Shown here piece after piece: positions 20,801-30,276 of a stretch of 32,000 nucleotides of DNA. How positions within the stretch are numbered: the stretch's first letter is position 1; every line of letters begins with the position of its first letter. The translations under genes and the position numbers were made by a program. The stretch comes from Saccharolobus solfataricus (lineage in GTDB: Archaea > Thermoproteota > Thermoprotei_A > Sulfolobales > Sulfolobaceae), in contig NZ_LT549890.1 of the NCBI RefSeq assembly GCF_900079115.1, positions 1,380,001-1,412,000 on the forward strand, given 5' to 3'. The notes under the pieces were generated by a model. The model saw only the letters and a program-made list of their open reading frames with translations, searched no databases and was not told the origin of the DNA.

Positions 20801-23800
20801 TATAGAATTGAAAGGTATTGAAACGCTTAAGGTCAGCTCTAATTCTGTACGGATGATAATCTCTTATAGAATTGAAAGATGTTACTAAGTAAGTTTAATA
20901 ATATATTATAAAATGCCATATAGATAATCTCTTATAGAATTGAAAGCTAAGCAGTGACTCACAGTTTAGACATTCACAAGTATCGATAATCTCTTATAGA
21001 ATTGAAAGTTCTAAGCGTGTAAAGATCTATCTGACAACACGAAACTATGGATAATCTCTTATAGAATTGAAAGTTGAATATTGTACAAAGGAACGTTTAA
21101 CCCTATAATAGACGATAATCTCTTATAGAATTGAAAGCAATCCCATTCGTTTTACTCACTTCTAAGAACCTCGCGATAATCTCTTATAGAATTGAAAGAG
21201 TCTCTGCATCATGATCCCTGCCCCAGCTAAGACGTTCTGATAATCTCTTATAGAATTGAAAGACGATTTTCGGTGTGAATAATGTAAATTTGCAAGTATC
21301 TGGATAATCTCTTATAGAATTGAAAGGTCTTTATGGCCCTCTGGGTCTTTCCACCATTGAGAGGAGATAATCTCTTATAGAATTGAAAGTTATCCTCATT
21401 CTATCGGTGAGTGGAACAAATTGGGTAGCGATAATCTCTTATAGAATTGAAAGATCGTTATGCTGTAAACTTCCCCGGTTCTCAATCCCGTTTGATAATC
21501 TCTTATAGAATTGAAAGAGTTAACAATACTTTATTGTCAAAGAAGCAAGGATATGCGGATAATCTCTTATAGAATTGAAAGTTCAAACTAGATCTAGAAG
21601 ATTTCTATCGGCATCTTTACATGATAATCTCTTATAGAATTGAAAGACGATATGAAAGTTGCCAGAGCCTTAAACAGAATTGGTTCGATAATCTCTTATA
21701 GAATTGAAAGGCTTCTTGTCCCTGAACTCCTTCTTGAAATGGATTTATTGATAATCTCTTATAGAATTGAAAGTTTCGTATAAGGACCAGAACGGCAATA
21801 CCCAAACTGTGATAATCTCTTATAGAATTGAAAGCTACTACATCATCCTCTACCACGCCAAGCCAACAACCGATAATCTCTTATAGAATTGAAAGATCTA
21901 GCGTTGTCTCTGCCGTTATATATTTGAAAGTGTGATAATCTCTTATAGAATTGAAAGATCGCTGATCCAGAACCACGTGGCGAATACAGGAAGAACTAGA
22001 TAATCTCTTATAGAATTGAAAGATCAAAAGTCCGCTATGGTCTAACGGTGTAAATAATTCTGATAATCTCTTATAGAATTGAAAGAATTGGATCCCTACG
22101 GTTGACGGATCACCGAAAGTGTGATAATCTCTTATAGAATTGAAAGATCATATTTTGAATTCTCTTATACAGAAATCTTTGATATGATAATCTCTTATAG
22201 AATTGAAAGATAGCTATATATGGAAATGTTCCAGACGCGGAATATGTTGCGATAATCTCTTATAGAATTGAAAGAAGCCTACACAGGATAGGATACTCAA
22301 ATTATATGAAAATGATAATCTCTTATAGAATTGAAAGTTTGCGCATTTACTTTTGTATGAGCTAGGCTATTTACATCATGATAATCTCTTATAGAATTGA
22401 AAGCTGAAATATCCTTCAAATTGATTTGCCAATAAATTAAGATAATCTCTTATAGAATTGAAAGTGTTCTGTCGTTACTGTCGTAAAGCACGTCCTATTA
22501 TGATAATCTCTTATAGAATTGAAAGACAGTGCAGAAGTCTAATCCAAATTATTCTACTTTAGCGATAATCTCTTATAGAATTGAAAGTCCTTGGAGATGT
22601 TGATGTTTTATACGGTATTATGTGAAGATAATCTCTTATAGAATTGAAAGGCACAATTCGCCAACGATTTCGGTTCGCTTTATACCTTGATAATCTCTTA
22701 TAGAATTGAAAGCAAATTTCGGCGAAAATTGTACCGAATTTCGGCATTGCTGGGATAATCTCTTATAGAATTGAAAGAAGATCATGGTATTGATATTCAA
22801 AAACATTATTCAGAGTGGATAATCTCTTATAGAATTGAAAGATTAGAAAAGTTTAAGATTACGCATGCAAATATGTTTTTGATGATAATCTCTTATAGAA
22901 TTGAAAGTTCTGTTTCGAAGAAAACCCGCCTCAGATTCATTATGGGGATAATCTCTTATAGAATTGAAAGAAATCAAACGGAAACTCCCCGGATATTATC
23001 ATGTCTAAAGATAATCTCTTATAGAATTGAAAGCCTCATCGTAAACATGCAATCTTGCATATTCAGTGTAGATAATCTCTTATAGAATTGAAAGGCGATA
23101 TATGTTATAAGAGGAGAAGGGACTTTACCCCCTGATAATCTCTTATAGAATTGAAAGATATACATCGCCGGTTTTATAGCAACTGCACAGCAACAAATGA
23201 TAATCTCTTATAGAATTGAAAGGAAGTTGCAAAAATTGCCAATGTTTTTTTCAAACGCGTGATAATCTCTTATAGAATTGAAAGATTTATGATGAAAATA
23301 GGAAATTTTTCAGAAGAATTATAGATAATCTCTTATAGAATTGAAAGAAAAGTTTAAATACCCGAAGCCACAAAGGTAAAAATAGATAATCTCTTATAGA
23401 ATTGAAAGCGTTCTAGAGCTAAACGATGCATACGCGGTGGTACAACTAGATAATCTCTTATAGAATTGAAAGATTCGGGGAAAACTTATGCATTATAAGA
23501 AGAAGAGATATTTGATAATCTCTTATAGAATTGAAAGTCAAATAAGGAACAACTCTGGGTAAGCCCACAATACGCAAGATAATCTCTTATAGAATTGAAA
23601 GCTTAGCGTCTCAACCTGAACCAAACTTCCTAGATCAACGATAATCTCTTATAGAATTGAAAGTAAACTAGATCCTTATATTTCACGTAAATGTAAAGGG
23701 GGATAATCTCTTATAGAATTGAAAGTAAGGAGTAAGCTAGCACTAGCAATAGCGGTTGCAATAGATAATCTCTTATAGAATTGAAAGGTTCATCAGTTCT

Positions 23801-23850
23801 ACCTTTTGGTCCAAAGGCTGATCCAAGAGAATCTCTTATAGAATTGAAAG

Positions 23851-24202
23851 ATCTTGATGATATTCAATGAAGTCCATTAGTACTTCCCCCCAAGGAGGTT
23901 GGAGAGAGGGAGAAAAAGAGTCGTTTGAGAGGTTGATAAATAGGATTATGAGGTTGGGAAGGGTTAGAGGGATGAGAGTGATTTTTGCAACGTATAAACC
24001 CCAAGATTTAAATGATTTAATGTTAACGTTAACTAACTTAAAGATTGCATTGAGGGTTAAAGAAGACGCTTTAGATAGGATTAACATGAAGGAATAAGCT
24101 AAGTTGTTGCAAGCTTCACCACCAGGGTATGGAGCGTTGAGGACTTTCTCGTTAAAGGTGAGAGATCTGATATTCAGAAATGAGAAGTATCAAGATTCAT
24201 GA
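23851..24202 (+). pseudogene. Remnant of a HerA/FtsK-like (DUF87-type) ATPase C-terminus, cut off by the end of array 2
   Basis: The 76-aa ORF 23867-24097 reads INRIMRLGRVRGMRVIFATYKPQDLNDLMLTLTNLKIALRV. This resembles the arginine-finger/sensor region of HerA-like ATPases. An in-frame TAA at 24095-24097 is followed by 34 more codons in the same frame (AKLLQASPPGYGALRTF...). No N-terminal ATPase core is present, and the sequence begins directly after the terminal repeat. Confidence 0.5.
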
Positions 24203-24226
24203 AGATTAGATAGATCTTAGTAGTGT

Positions 24227-24859
24227 TTAGAAGGTAGTATTATTTCTAGTTAAAGTGCCAAGCACTGCCTTAGGTGTAAAATCCCTTCCATCATAGGTCC
24301 ACACGCTATTTAAACTGTAAGCGTATTCTAAAAACCTCCTTAACAAATTGTCATTTGGCAACTCATTATGCTATTCTCATTTCCTAAAACGATTAGTTTA
24401 TACCTTGGTCTAGTAAAGGCAACGTTTAACCTCCTTCTATTGGTAACAAATCTCAAGCCATTAGTCGCGGTCACGCTAAAAATTATCACGTCTTTCTCCC
24501 TCCCTTGAAATGCGTCAACTGTGTTTACCTCAACATATGGCTTATAGTTTGCCAATTCTTGGTCTAACTTTCTCACTTGAGTTCTATAAGGCGATATAAC
24601 TCCAACATCTTGTCCTATTAATTTGGATATAAGAAATTTAATGGCTTTCACGATTTCCTCTGCGACCTTGTAAGCTTTTCCTGAAGCTTGAATAGTATCT
24701 CCTTTCTTTAAGTACTCGTAAGCTTCAGCCATATATTTTTCGGCAATTTCTAACCTCAATCTAATTCCTTCTTGTGGGTCATCCTTAGATATTTCTCTGA
24801 TCAGTAGATCCTCTACGTCAATGCCTTTCTCTCTAGCCTTTTTTTATTAACTCTTCCAT
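24227..24859 (-). pseudogene. Chimeric, frameshifted remnant: a PaREP1-like N-terminus joined to the C-terminal end of an SF1 (Upf1/Dna2-like) helicase
   Basis: ORF 24340-24759 has a PaREP1-like helix pair (LEIAEKYMAEAYEYLKKGDTIQASGKAYKVAEEIVKA). It then has helicase motifs V-VI: VNTVDAFQGREKDVIIFSVT and RRLNVAFTRPRYKLIVLGN. The upstream ATG at 24859 is connected only through a frameshift in an A7 run (plus-strand T7 at 24839-24845). The helicase tail continues in another frame to a stop at 24227-24229. Confidence 0.5.
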
Positions 24860-25271
24860 AAGTAAATTAAGGTGAGACGGGGTTATAAATTAAAGCTCAT
24901 ATAATCATAACATGACTCAAGCTTTCATTGTGAATTATAATTTATGATTAACATCCCAAGGAAAATTCTAGACTATGAAAATTTTATATTAAAAGGATCA
25001 AGAGAGCGAAAGTCTTCTCCCATGAGGAATATGGCTCCCTATACATTTTGCTGAATCCTTTAATTTTCTTAAATGCTAGGATAATAAATTTTCCTTGAAC
25101 TAGAGTGTTAATTTGAAAGCAAATTCAATGTTAGCATTGTTGAAAATTTAAGCAATCCACAAAGCATTGAAAGCGTTAATGGGTGCAATTATAGGATAGT
25201 ATTTTTGCGTAAAATCCTAGAATGCGGGGTTTTGGCATACGTTAGTATTACTTATAAAATATAAATCTTGC

Positions 25272-25358
25272 TCTTTAAAATCTAACGATGTATAAAATCA
25301 AGTTAGCGACAGACGCAGTAGTCTTAAACCAAATCTTTAAAATCTAACGATGTATAAA
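25272..25358 (-). repeat. Two perfect 25-nt direct repeats separated by 37 nt, forming a CRISPR-like mini unit
   Basis: TCTTTAAAATCTAACGATGTATAAA occurs at 25272-25296 and 25334-25358, a period of 62 nt. The first 12 nt of CTTTAAAATCTA match the resident repeat CTTTCAATTCTA at 10/12. Confidence 0.5.
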
Positions 25359-25495
25359 CTTCCTATCTTGTTCCTATTACTTTTAGAAGGATTCTGGAAT
25401 CAATTTATCTTTTGCACTATAGGAAAATTGTGTATTAAAAAATTTTAAAATTAAGTTGGAATAATTTTTTATTCTTAAATCATTAAGGGTAGAAC

Positions 25496-26755
25496 ATGGA
25501 GGAACTTCTTACTTCGAATTTATTGGTTCAACAAGTTAAGAAGTTGTATAAAGTTGGTGAATTGTTGGGTTTAGATAGTGAGACTATAGATGTCCTTTCT
25601 CAACCAGAAAGGGTTATGCAAGTTAAGATACAGATTAGGAGTTCTGATGGTAAGTTAAGGACGTTTATTGGTTGGAGAAGTCAGCATAATTCAGCCTTGG
25701 GTCCATATAAGGGAGGAGTTAGATACGGTCCCAATGTTACACAAGATGAAGTAATAGCACTATCGATGATTATGACGTGGAAGAACTCCCTTTTATTACT
25801 ACCCTATGGGGGAGGAAAGGGTGGGATAAGAGTAGATCCTAAGAAGCTAACATTAAAGGAATTGGAGGATTTGTCTAGGAAATACGTTCAATTGATTCAC
25901 AAGTATTTGGGTAGTGATGTTGACATTCCTGCACCTGACATTAATACTAACCCGCAAACTATGGCTTGGTTCCTAGATGAATACATAAAGATAACTGGTA
26001 AAGTAGATTTCGCAGTGTTTACTGGTAAGCCTTCCGAGCTAGGTGGGATAGGTGTTAGACTCTACAGCACTGGGTTGGGTGTAGCGACAATAGCTAGAGA
26101 TGCTGCTAATAAGTTTATAGGAGGAATTGAAGGATCAAGGGTTATAATTCAAGGGTTTGGAAACGTTGGTTTTTTTACCGCTAAATTCTTGAGCGAAATG
26201 GGGGCTAAAATAATTGGAGTTAGCGATATTGGAGGAGGGGTAATTAATGAAAATGGAATAGACGTTAATAGGGCGTTGGAAGTTGTTCAGAGTACAGGTA
26301 GTGTTGTGAATTACCTTGAGGGTAAAAAGGTTACGAATGAGGAGTTGTTAATAAGCGATTGTGATATATTGATTCCGGCTGCAGTGGAAAACGTTATAAA
26401 TAAGTTTAATGCTCCGAAGGTTAGGGCAAAGCTTATTGTTGAAGGTGCAAATGGTCCATTGACTGCAGATGCTGATGAAATAATGAAGCAAAGGGGTGTA
26501 ATAGTCATACCAGACATTTTAGCTAACGCAGGGGGAGTTGTGGGTAGTTATGTGGAGTGGGCTAACAATAGGTCTGGTGGAATAATTAGTGATGAGGAGG
26601 CTAAGAAACTTATTGTAGATAGAATGATAAATGCTTTTAATACTTTATACGATTTTCACAAGAGAAAGTTTGCTGATCAGGATTTGAGGACTGTAGCGAT
26701 GGCTTTAGCTGTGGATAGAGTAGTAGGGGCAATGAAGGCGAGGGGTCTACTATAA
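25496..26755 (+). CDS. gdhA: Glutamate dehydrogenase (NAD(P)+)
   Basis: A 419-aa ORF with GPYKGGVRY, the catalytic-Lys motif [13 protein letters not shown], and the dinucleotide-binding GFGNVG. Confidence 0.95.
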   Translation: MEELLTSNLLVQQVKKLYKVGELLGLDSETIDVLSQPERVMQVKIQIRSSDGKLRTFIGWRSQHNSALGPYKGGVRYGPNVTQDEVIALSMIMTWKNSLLLLPYGGGKGGIRVDPKKLTLKELEDLSRKYVQLIHKYLGSDVDIPAPDINTNPQTMAWFLDEYIKITGKVDFAVFTGKPSELGGIGVRLYSTGLGVATIARDAANKFIGGIEGSRVIIQGFGNVGFFTAKFLSEMGAKIIGVSDIGGGVINENGIDVNRALEVVQSTGSVVNYLEGKKVTNEELLISDCDILIPAAVENVINKFNAPKVRAKLIVEGANGPLTADADEIMKQRGVIVIPDILANAGGVVGSYVEWANNRSGGIISDEEAKKLIVDRMINAFNTLYDFHKRKFADQDLRTVAMALAVDRVVGAMKARGLL

Positions 26756-26805
26756 TATGTTCTTCTTTTCTCAGTCTTAAACTTATGCTAGGTATTAGAC
26801 AGCTA

Positions 26806-26816
26806 TTTTTTTTTTT
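26806..26816 (+). terminator. Oligo-T terminator candidate downstream of gdhA
   Basis: A run of 11 T residues about 50 nt after the gdhA stop. Confidence 0.45.
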
Positions 26817-26980
26817 GTGTTTGTTCACCTATCAAATATTTTTTACTAAGAGCTATATTATCTTATTTTAGAGAAATGATCAGAGATAATATTAGTTCTT
26901 CACACCTCTTAACTATTGGTGAAAGTTCGACAATTTCTGCTTAGTTGGTACATTGAATACCTTATATACTATTTTACTAT

Positions 26981-27044
26981 CTTCCTTTCAATTAATGATT
27001 GGATGTTCAATTAGATCTATGATGCCTCTTAACTTTTAGTGAGA
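26981..27044 (+). repeat. Copy A of a diverged direct repeat flanking the PolB2 cassette
   Basis: CTTCCTTTCAATTAATGATTGGATGTTCAATTAGATCT... aligns by eye at about 70% with 30095-30154. The first 15 nt are identical and the shared block GTTCAATT follows. Patchy similarity also extends about 130-150 nt to the left of both copies. Confidence 0.5.
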
Positions 27045-27058
27045 ATGGGAGATTCAGA

Positions 27059-27197
27059 TATCCATTGCGAATTCACTTTATTTTAAAGATTGCTACGAAT
27101 TTAACTAAATGGAGGCGATTAACTAGCAGAGACACTCAATACCAATATTAACATTTTTTACAACGTATTATTAACAAATTACAATTCGCAAAGGAGA
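27059..27197 (-). mobile_element. MITE copy 2 (139 bp), inverted relative to 9532-9662
   Basis: It begins TATCCATTGCGAATTC and ends CAATTCGCAAAGGAGA. These are the same termini as copy 1 with a few substitutions, and the internal blocks are conserved. Confidence 0.6.
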
Positions 27198-27394
27198 ACT
27201 GAATCGTCCTGAATGACTGATATGTTTACAAAGATCATTAAAATAGAATTTTTATAGTATTTTTATCAGATAACACTAGACTATAAATCTAATGGAAACA
27301 GTAACGTTACTCTAGTCCAGATGTTGGATCGTATTGTTAGCAAAGTAACGTTTTTAGATCTTCATGTTTCTCTAGGGTTAAGAAAAATCAGTTA

Positions 27395-27970
27395 CTAAAC
27401 CATATATTTCAACAAACCCCCATCATCACTTACTTTACCGTATAAATCCAACAAATAATTAGGAATTTCAATCTCTCTACTAGTAACGCTTTTCACTATA
27501 ATGAACTTAAAACCCCTAGTGCTCTTAATTAGCTTAATCATTGAGTGAGAAGTGTGTGAACCGAAAATCGAACCTTCTCTTTCCCTATCCATAAAGCTGA
27601 ACAAGAACTTCCTGCCCTTAACTTTCCTCAATGACGAGACGATCTTAGTGTAGTTCTTTCTATAATGATAAGGATCAATAATAATTAAGTCGTTATCTCC
27701 CATTGAGTCTATAGTAATTGGCACATCTTCAGCCTTGAAAGCCCTCCTTATATACACCTCTGCGTGATTGTCGAAGATGTTTTGAAAACGCTCTATTAAG
27801 TAAGGATCTAATCCACCTCTTTCGGAAACCACTACAACGTAAACTGGGGCTGAAATGGCTATAACTCTATGATAGAACGTTCTTAACAAATCGTTATCAG
27901 TTGAGAAGAACTCCACAATTTCATCCCTCTTTATTATCTCGTCTAAAAAGGGAAAGCCAGTAGTTAACAC
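27395..27970 (-). CDS. Hypothetical protein resembling a RecA/KaiC-superfamily (RadA-paralogue-like) core without a Walker A motif
   Basis: A 191-aa ORF overlapping the polB2 stop by 7 nt. The N-terminus MLTTGFPFLDEIIKRDEIVEFFST parallels the TG-x-x-x-LD...G-x-I segment of RadA paralogues. GxxGxGKT is replaced by STDNDLLRT. DLIIIDPY sits where Walker B would be. The call rests on pattern recognition only. Confidence 0.4.
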   Translation of the reverse strand: MLTTGFPFLDEIIKRDEIVEFFSTDNDLLRTFYHRVIAISAPVYVVVVSERGGLDPYLIERFQNIFDNHAEVYIRRAFKAEDVPITIDSMGDNDLIIIDPYHYRKNYTKIVSSLRKVKGRKFLFSFMDREREGSIFGSHTSHSMIKLIKSTRGFKFIIVKSVTSREIEIPNYLLDLYGKVSDDGGLLKYMV

Positions 27971-29649
27971 CTAGACATCACCTCTTCCACGTCTTCATAA
28001 ACCCTCTTCAAGTAATTGATGTAGTAATTTACGTCCCTTCCCATATAACCTAGCCTAGCCTCATAAAATCCCTTAATTCCCCTTACGTAAGGAACGTCCT
28101 TAATCCATATTACGTAATCTATTGGCTCACCGTTTATAGCCCTCTTTCTATAATGCTCGAATAAATCCCTAATCCTAAGCTTTTTAACGTCAGAACAAGT
28201 CTTAGCTGATGAGAACTCCCTTAGCACGTCTTCCAAAAACGATTTAACGATATTGGGCATGTTCTCCCTTATTAGTCCCTTAGCTATCATTTCACCGTTC
28301 ATGTTTGCAATATATCTTGTAGGATATGGTGTATTGTTTCTGGTAATAGTGAAGATAATCCAATTGTAACGTTTATAATCCAGTCTTAACCCCGTTTCTT
28401 TCTCGACTTTCTCAATGAATTTATCAACGTTATCACCCTTAACAACCAGTGAATCTATTATACCATGTAAAACCCTTAACCCCATCTCCTCAGCAATCTC
28501 CATTGTTCTCCTTAACGTTTTCCTAGCTAAATATGTGACCATTTCGTATGCCTCAATCTTTCCAAACAAGGAATTCCTATAACCTAGATAGCCAAAAGAG
28601 GCTACTAAAATCCACTTTATTGCCTCAGCTCTCTCTTCGTCAATTTTCTTCAATTCCGATTTTCTCTCTATCAACCACTGTAAGGCTTCTGGTATAATTC
28701 CCTTTTCCTTTAAGCAAATTGAGTGCAACTCAGTTTTTATATCATCACATGCTTCAACGGTTTCAGCTGAAATATTATGCTTTACAATTAAGGAGGGATA
28801 CATTGAAGAGAAGTCAACTTGATAAACATTATCATAACATCCGGGCTGTGGGAAGAGTATTAGCCCACCCTTATCCACCATCATTATATCCTCTAATCTT
28901 CTCAATTTCTCAACTCTAGGAACAACTTTAGGTATGATAATTCTTCTCTTAAATGCGACCCACGCTTCATTTATTGTTAACACTTTACCAATAGTGGCAT
29001 AGGCTATTTCGTGAATTGGTGTAAGCGAAATAAAGGACCACTCTATTAATCCCTTTGCCGAAACTGGGGACCTCTTCTTCTCAATTCTAATCTTAACGTT
29101 TGACTTTACGTAATTGCAGGCTTCTCCTAAACATTCAGCGATATCGACCTCAACTTCAGGCTTTTCGTAAAATCTCCTAACCTCGTTATTTATTTTAACT
29201 TCAAACACTTTCCCTTTTAACGATTCACCGTACCAATCCAAGGGTACAACTCTTGCAATGGTTACCTTTGGAAATTCATCATCAGAAGAGCGAAATCTCC
29301 TAAATGGTTTTATCCCTAGGCGGTATAGCGTTTGAGATAGTACTGTTGGTGTTTCGTTCACGACGTTTAACCTTTTCCTCATGTAATAATAAGCGTCAAG
29401 GGATTCTACCTCAAAGCGATAAACCTTAACCTCTTTCCCATCTAACGTTTTCCACTTTTCCTTTTCGTAATATCTCACCTCTGGGTGCTGTAGTACTATA
29501 TCTGGGTTATCTGTTATGGTGTAAACTGGGAAGGTTGTTCTGATAGTTTTCTCCTTGAAATTGCTTAGGAATAGTTTCACTCCTCCCTTGATTGGATAAG
29601 CGTCAAGTACGTACTCCTCCATTTCTCGCATTCCTCCGCCAAAGCCCAA
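27964..29649 (-). CDS. dpo2: Family B DNA polymerase, PolB2/Dpo2 type (short form, degenerate motif C)
   Basis: Motif A is QVDFSSMYPSLIV. Motif B is KWILVASFGYLGY. Motif C reads HGIIDSLVV instead of YGDTDS. The N-terminus EEYVLDAYPIKGGVKLFL is the usual PolB start. The real initiation codon is probably M at 29631 or 29622 rather than 29649. Confidence 0.88.
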   Translation of the reverse strand: MGFGGGMREMEEYVLDAYPIKGGVKLFLSNFKEKTIRTTFPVYTITDNPDIVLQHPEVRYYEKEKWKTLDGKEVKVYRFEVESLDAYYYMRKRLNVVNETPTVLSQTLYRLGIKPFRRFRSSDDEFPKVTIARVVPLDWYGESLKGKVFEVKINNEVRRFYEKPEVEVDIAECLGEACNYVKSNVKIRIEKKRSPVSAKGLIEWSFISLTPIHEIAYATIGKVLTINEAWVAFKRRIIIPKVVPRVEKLRRLEDIMMVDKGGLILFPQPGCYDNVYQVDFSSMYPSLIVKHNISAETVEACDDIKTELHSICLKEKGIIPEALQWLIERKSELKKIDEERAEAIKWILVASFGYLGYRNSLFGKIEAYEMVTYLARKTLRRTMEIAEEMGLRVLHGIIDSLVVKGDNVDKFIEKVEKETGLRLDYKRYNWIIFTITRNNTPYPTRYIANMNGEMIAKGLIRENMPNIVKSFLEDVLREFSSAKTCSDVKKLRIRDLFEHYRKRAINGEPIDYVIWIKDVPYVRGIKGFYEARLGYMGRDVNYYINYLKRVYEDVEEVMSRC

Positions 29650-29843
29650 ATTAGCGCAAAGTAAACTAGGTTATAGGGATCAACCAGTTCGTCATATGAT
29701 GCACTTTGAGTATACCTTACTTTTTCCTTAACCCTTTCTAGTAAAAGGGATAATATGGGAGAGTGTAAGCGTTCTATAATTCTTTCCAGCTTTTCCAATT
29801 CTCTGTTCACCGCCATGGTGTATGAGGGTTGTGTTCTTCCCAT
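29577..29843 (-). CDS. Small helical hypothetical protein, first ORF of the PolB2 cassette
   Basis: An 88-aa ORF whose 3' end overlaps the polB2 5' end by about 45-70 nt in another frame. No family is recognised. The coding status of the overlapping tail is uncertain. Confidence 0.35.
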   Translation of the reverse strand: MGRTQPSYTMAVNRELEKLERIIERLHSPILSLLLERVKEKVRYTQSASYDELVDPYNLVYFALIWALAEECEKWRSTYLTLIQSREE

Positions 29844-30094
29844 GTGTTACATCTCTCCTCTGGTAAATTAAGTCTTTAGAGAGAATACTGAAAGTGTAGG
29901 TTTTAACTTTTGTAGTTAAATATTAGGAAGATAGTATCTTAAAGAGAGTATTATCTTTTAATTATAGAAGAAAAAGTTTCGACAAGGTGTGAGAGTCTGT
30001 CCTAGCGGAATGTATAGATACCCTATAAGGTATTTGCAATTATGAAGATCACTGTTGAGTAACTTAATTTATTGAGATGAAATACTTGTATTAC

Positions 30095-30154
30095 CTTCCT
30101 TTCAATTAACCTTAGAGTGTTCAATTTTAGGTTTCTAATACCTCTTTGTGAGAG
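30095..30154 (+). repeat. Copy B of the diverged direct repeat flanking the PolB2 cassette
   Basis: CTTCCTTTCAATTAACCTTAGAGTGTTCAATTTTAGGT... See copy A at 26981-27044. Confidence 0.5.
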
Positions 30155-30276
30155 TTCAACACAAGATAAGAGGCCTATAAATATAAAGATATGTCGGACG
30201 ACTATTATAGAAACTTTTTTATAAAATTTGGTCAACACAAGTATAATATGGAAAAGAAAAAGAGGTGTAATAGTGA

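Larger units (their letters stand above)
13046..23850 (+). CRISPR. CRISPR array 2: 158 repeats with 156 normal spacers (35-44 nt) and one 901-bp insert between repeats 16 and 17
   Basis: GATAATCTCTTATAGAATTGAAAG was counted at 13046, 13108, 13170 ... 13994, then 14919, 14982 ... 23764. The last copy (23827-23850) reads GAGAATCTCTTATAGAATTGAAAG, with one substitution, which is typical of a trailer-end repeat. Confidence 0.99.

Noticed and set aside
22147-22185. Spacer containing GAATTCTCTTATACAGAA, which resembles the repeat core TAATCTCTTATAGAA and might be derived from a foreign CRISPR repeat
   Set aside because: Only an exact 8-mer (CTCTTATA) plus a few flanking bases match. With about 6 kb of spacer sequence, a few such hits to the 24-nt repeat are expected by chance.
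13259-23085. ORF-track entries inside array 2 (13259-13528, 15368-15586, 15902-16096, 16146-16424, 17226-17486, 18618-18869, 19528-19716, 19627-19941, 21632-21856, 22559-22747, 22771-23085) with FQFYKRLS / FNSIRDY / IISYRIE motifs
   Set aside because: These are repeat-translation artefacts that are open by chance across spacers.
25111-25173. ATTTGAAAG (25111-25119) and ATTGAAAG (25166-25173) handle-like motifs on the plus strand near the mini CRISPR-like unit
   Set aside because: The 54-nt spacing does not fit the array period. The orientation is opposite to the mini-unit. There is no extended repeat similarity beyond 8 nt in AT-rich DNA.
30023-30238. 71-aa minus-strand ORF upstream of the acylase gene
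   Set aside because: It overlaps the intergenic repeat copy B and the AT-rich promoter region. The product is low-complexity, and copy A has no counterpart ORF.
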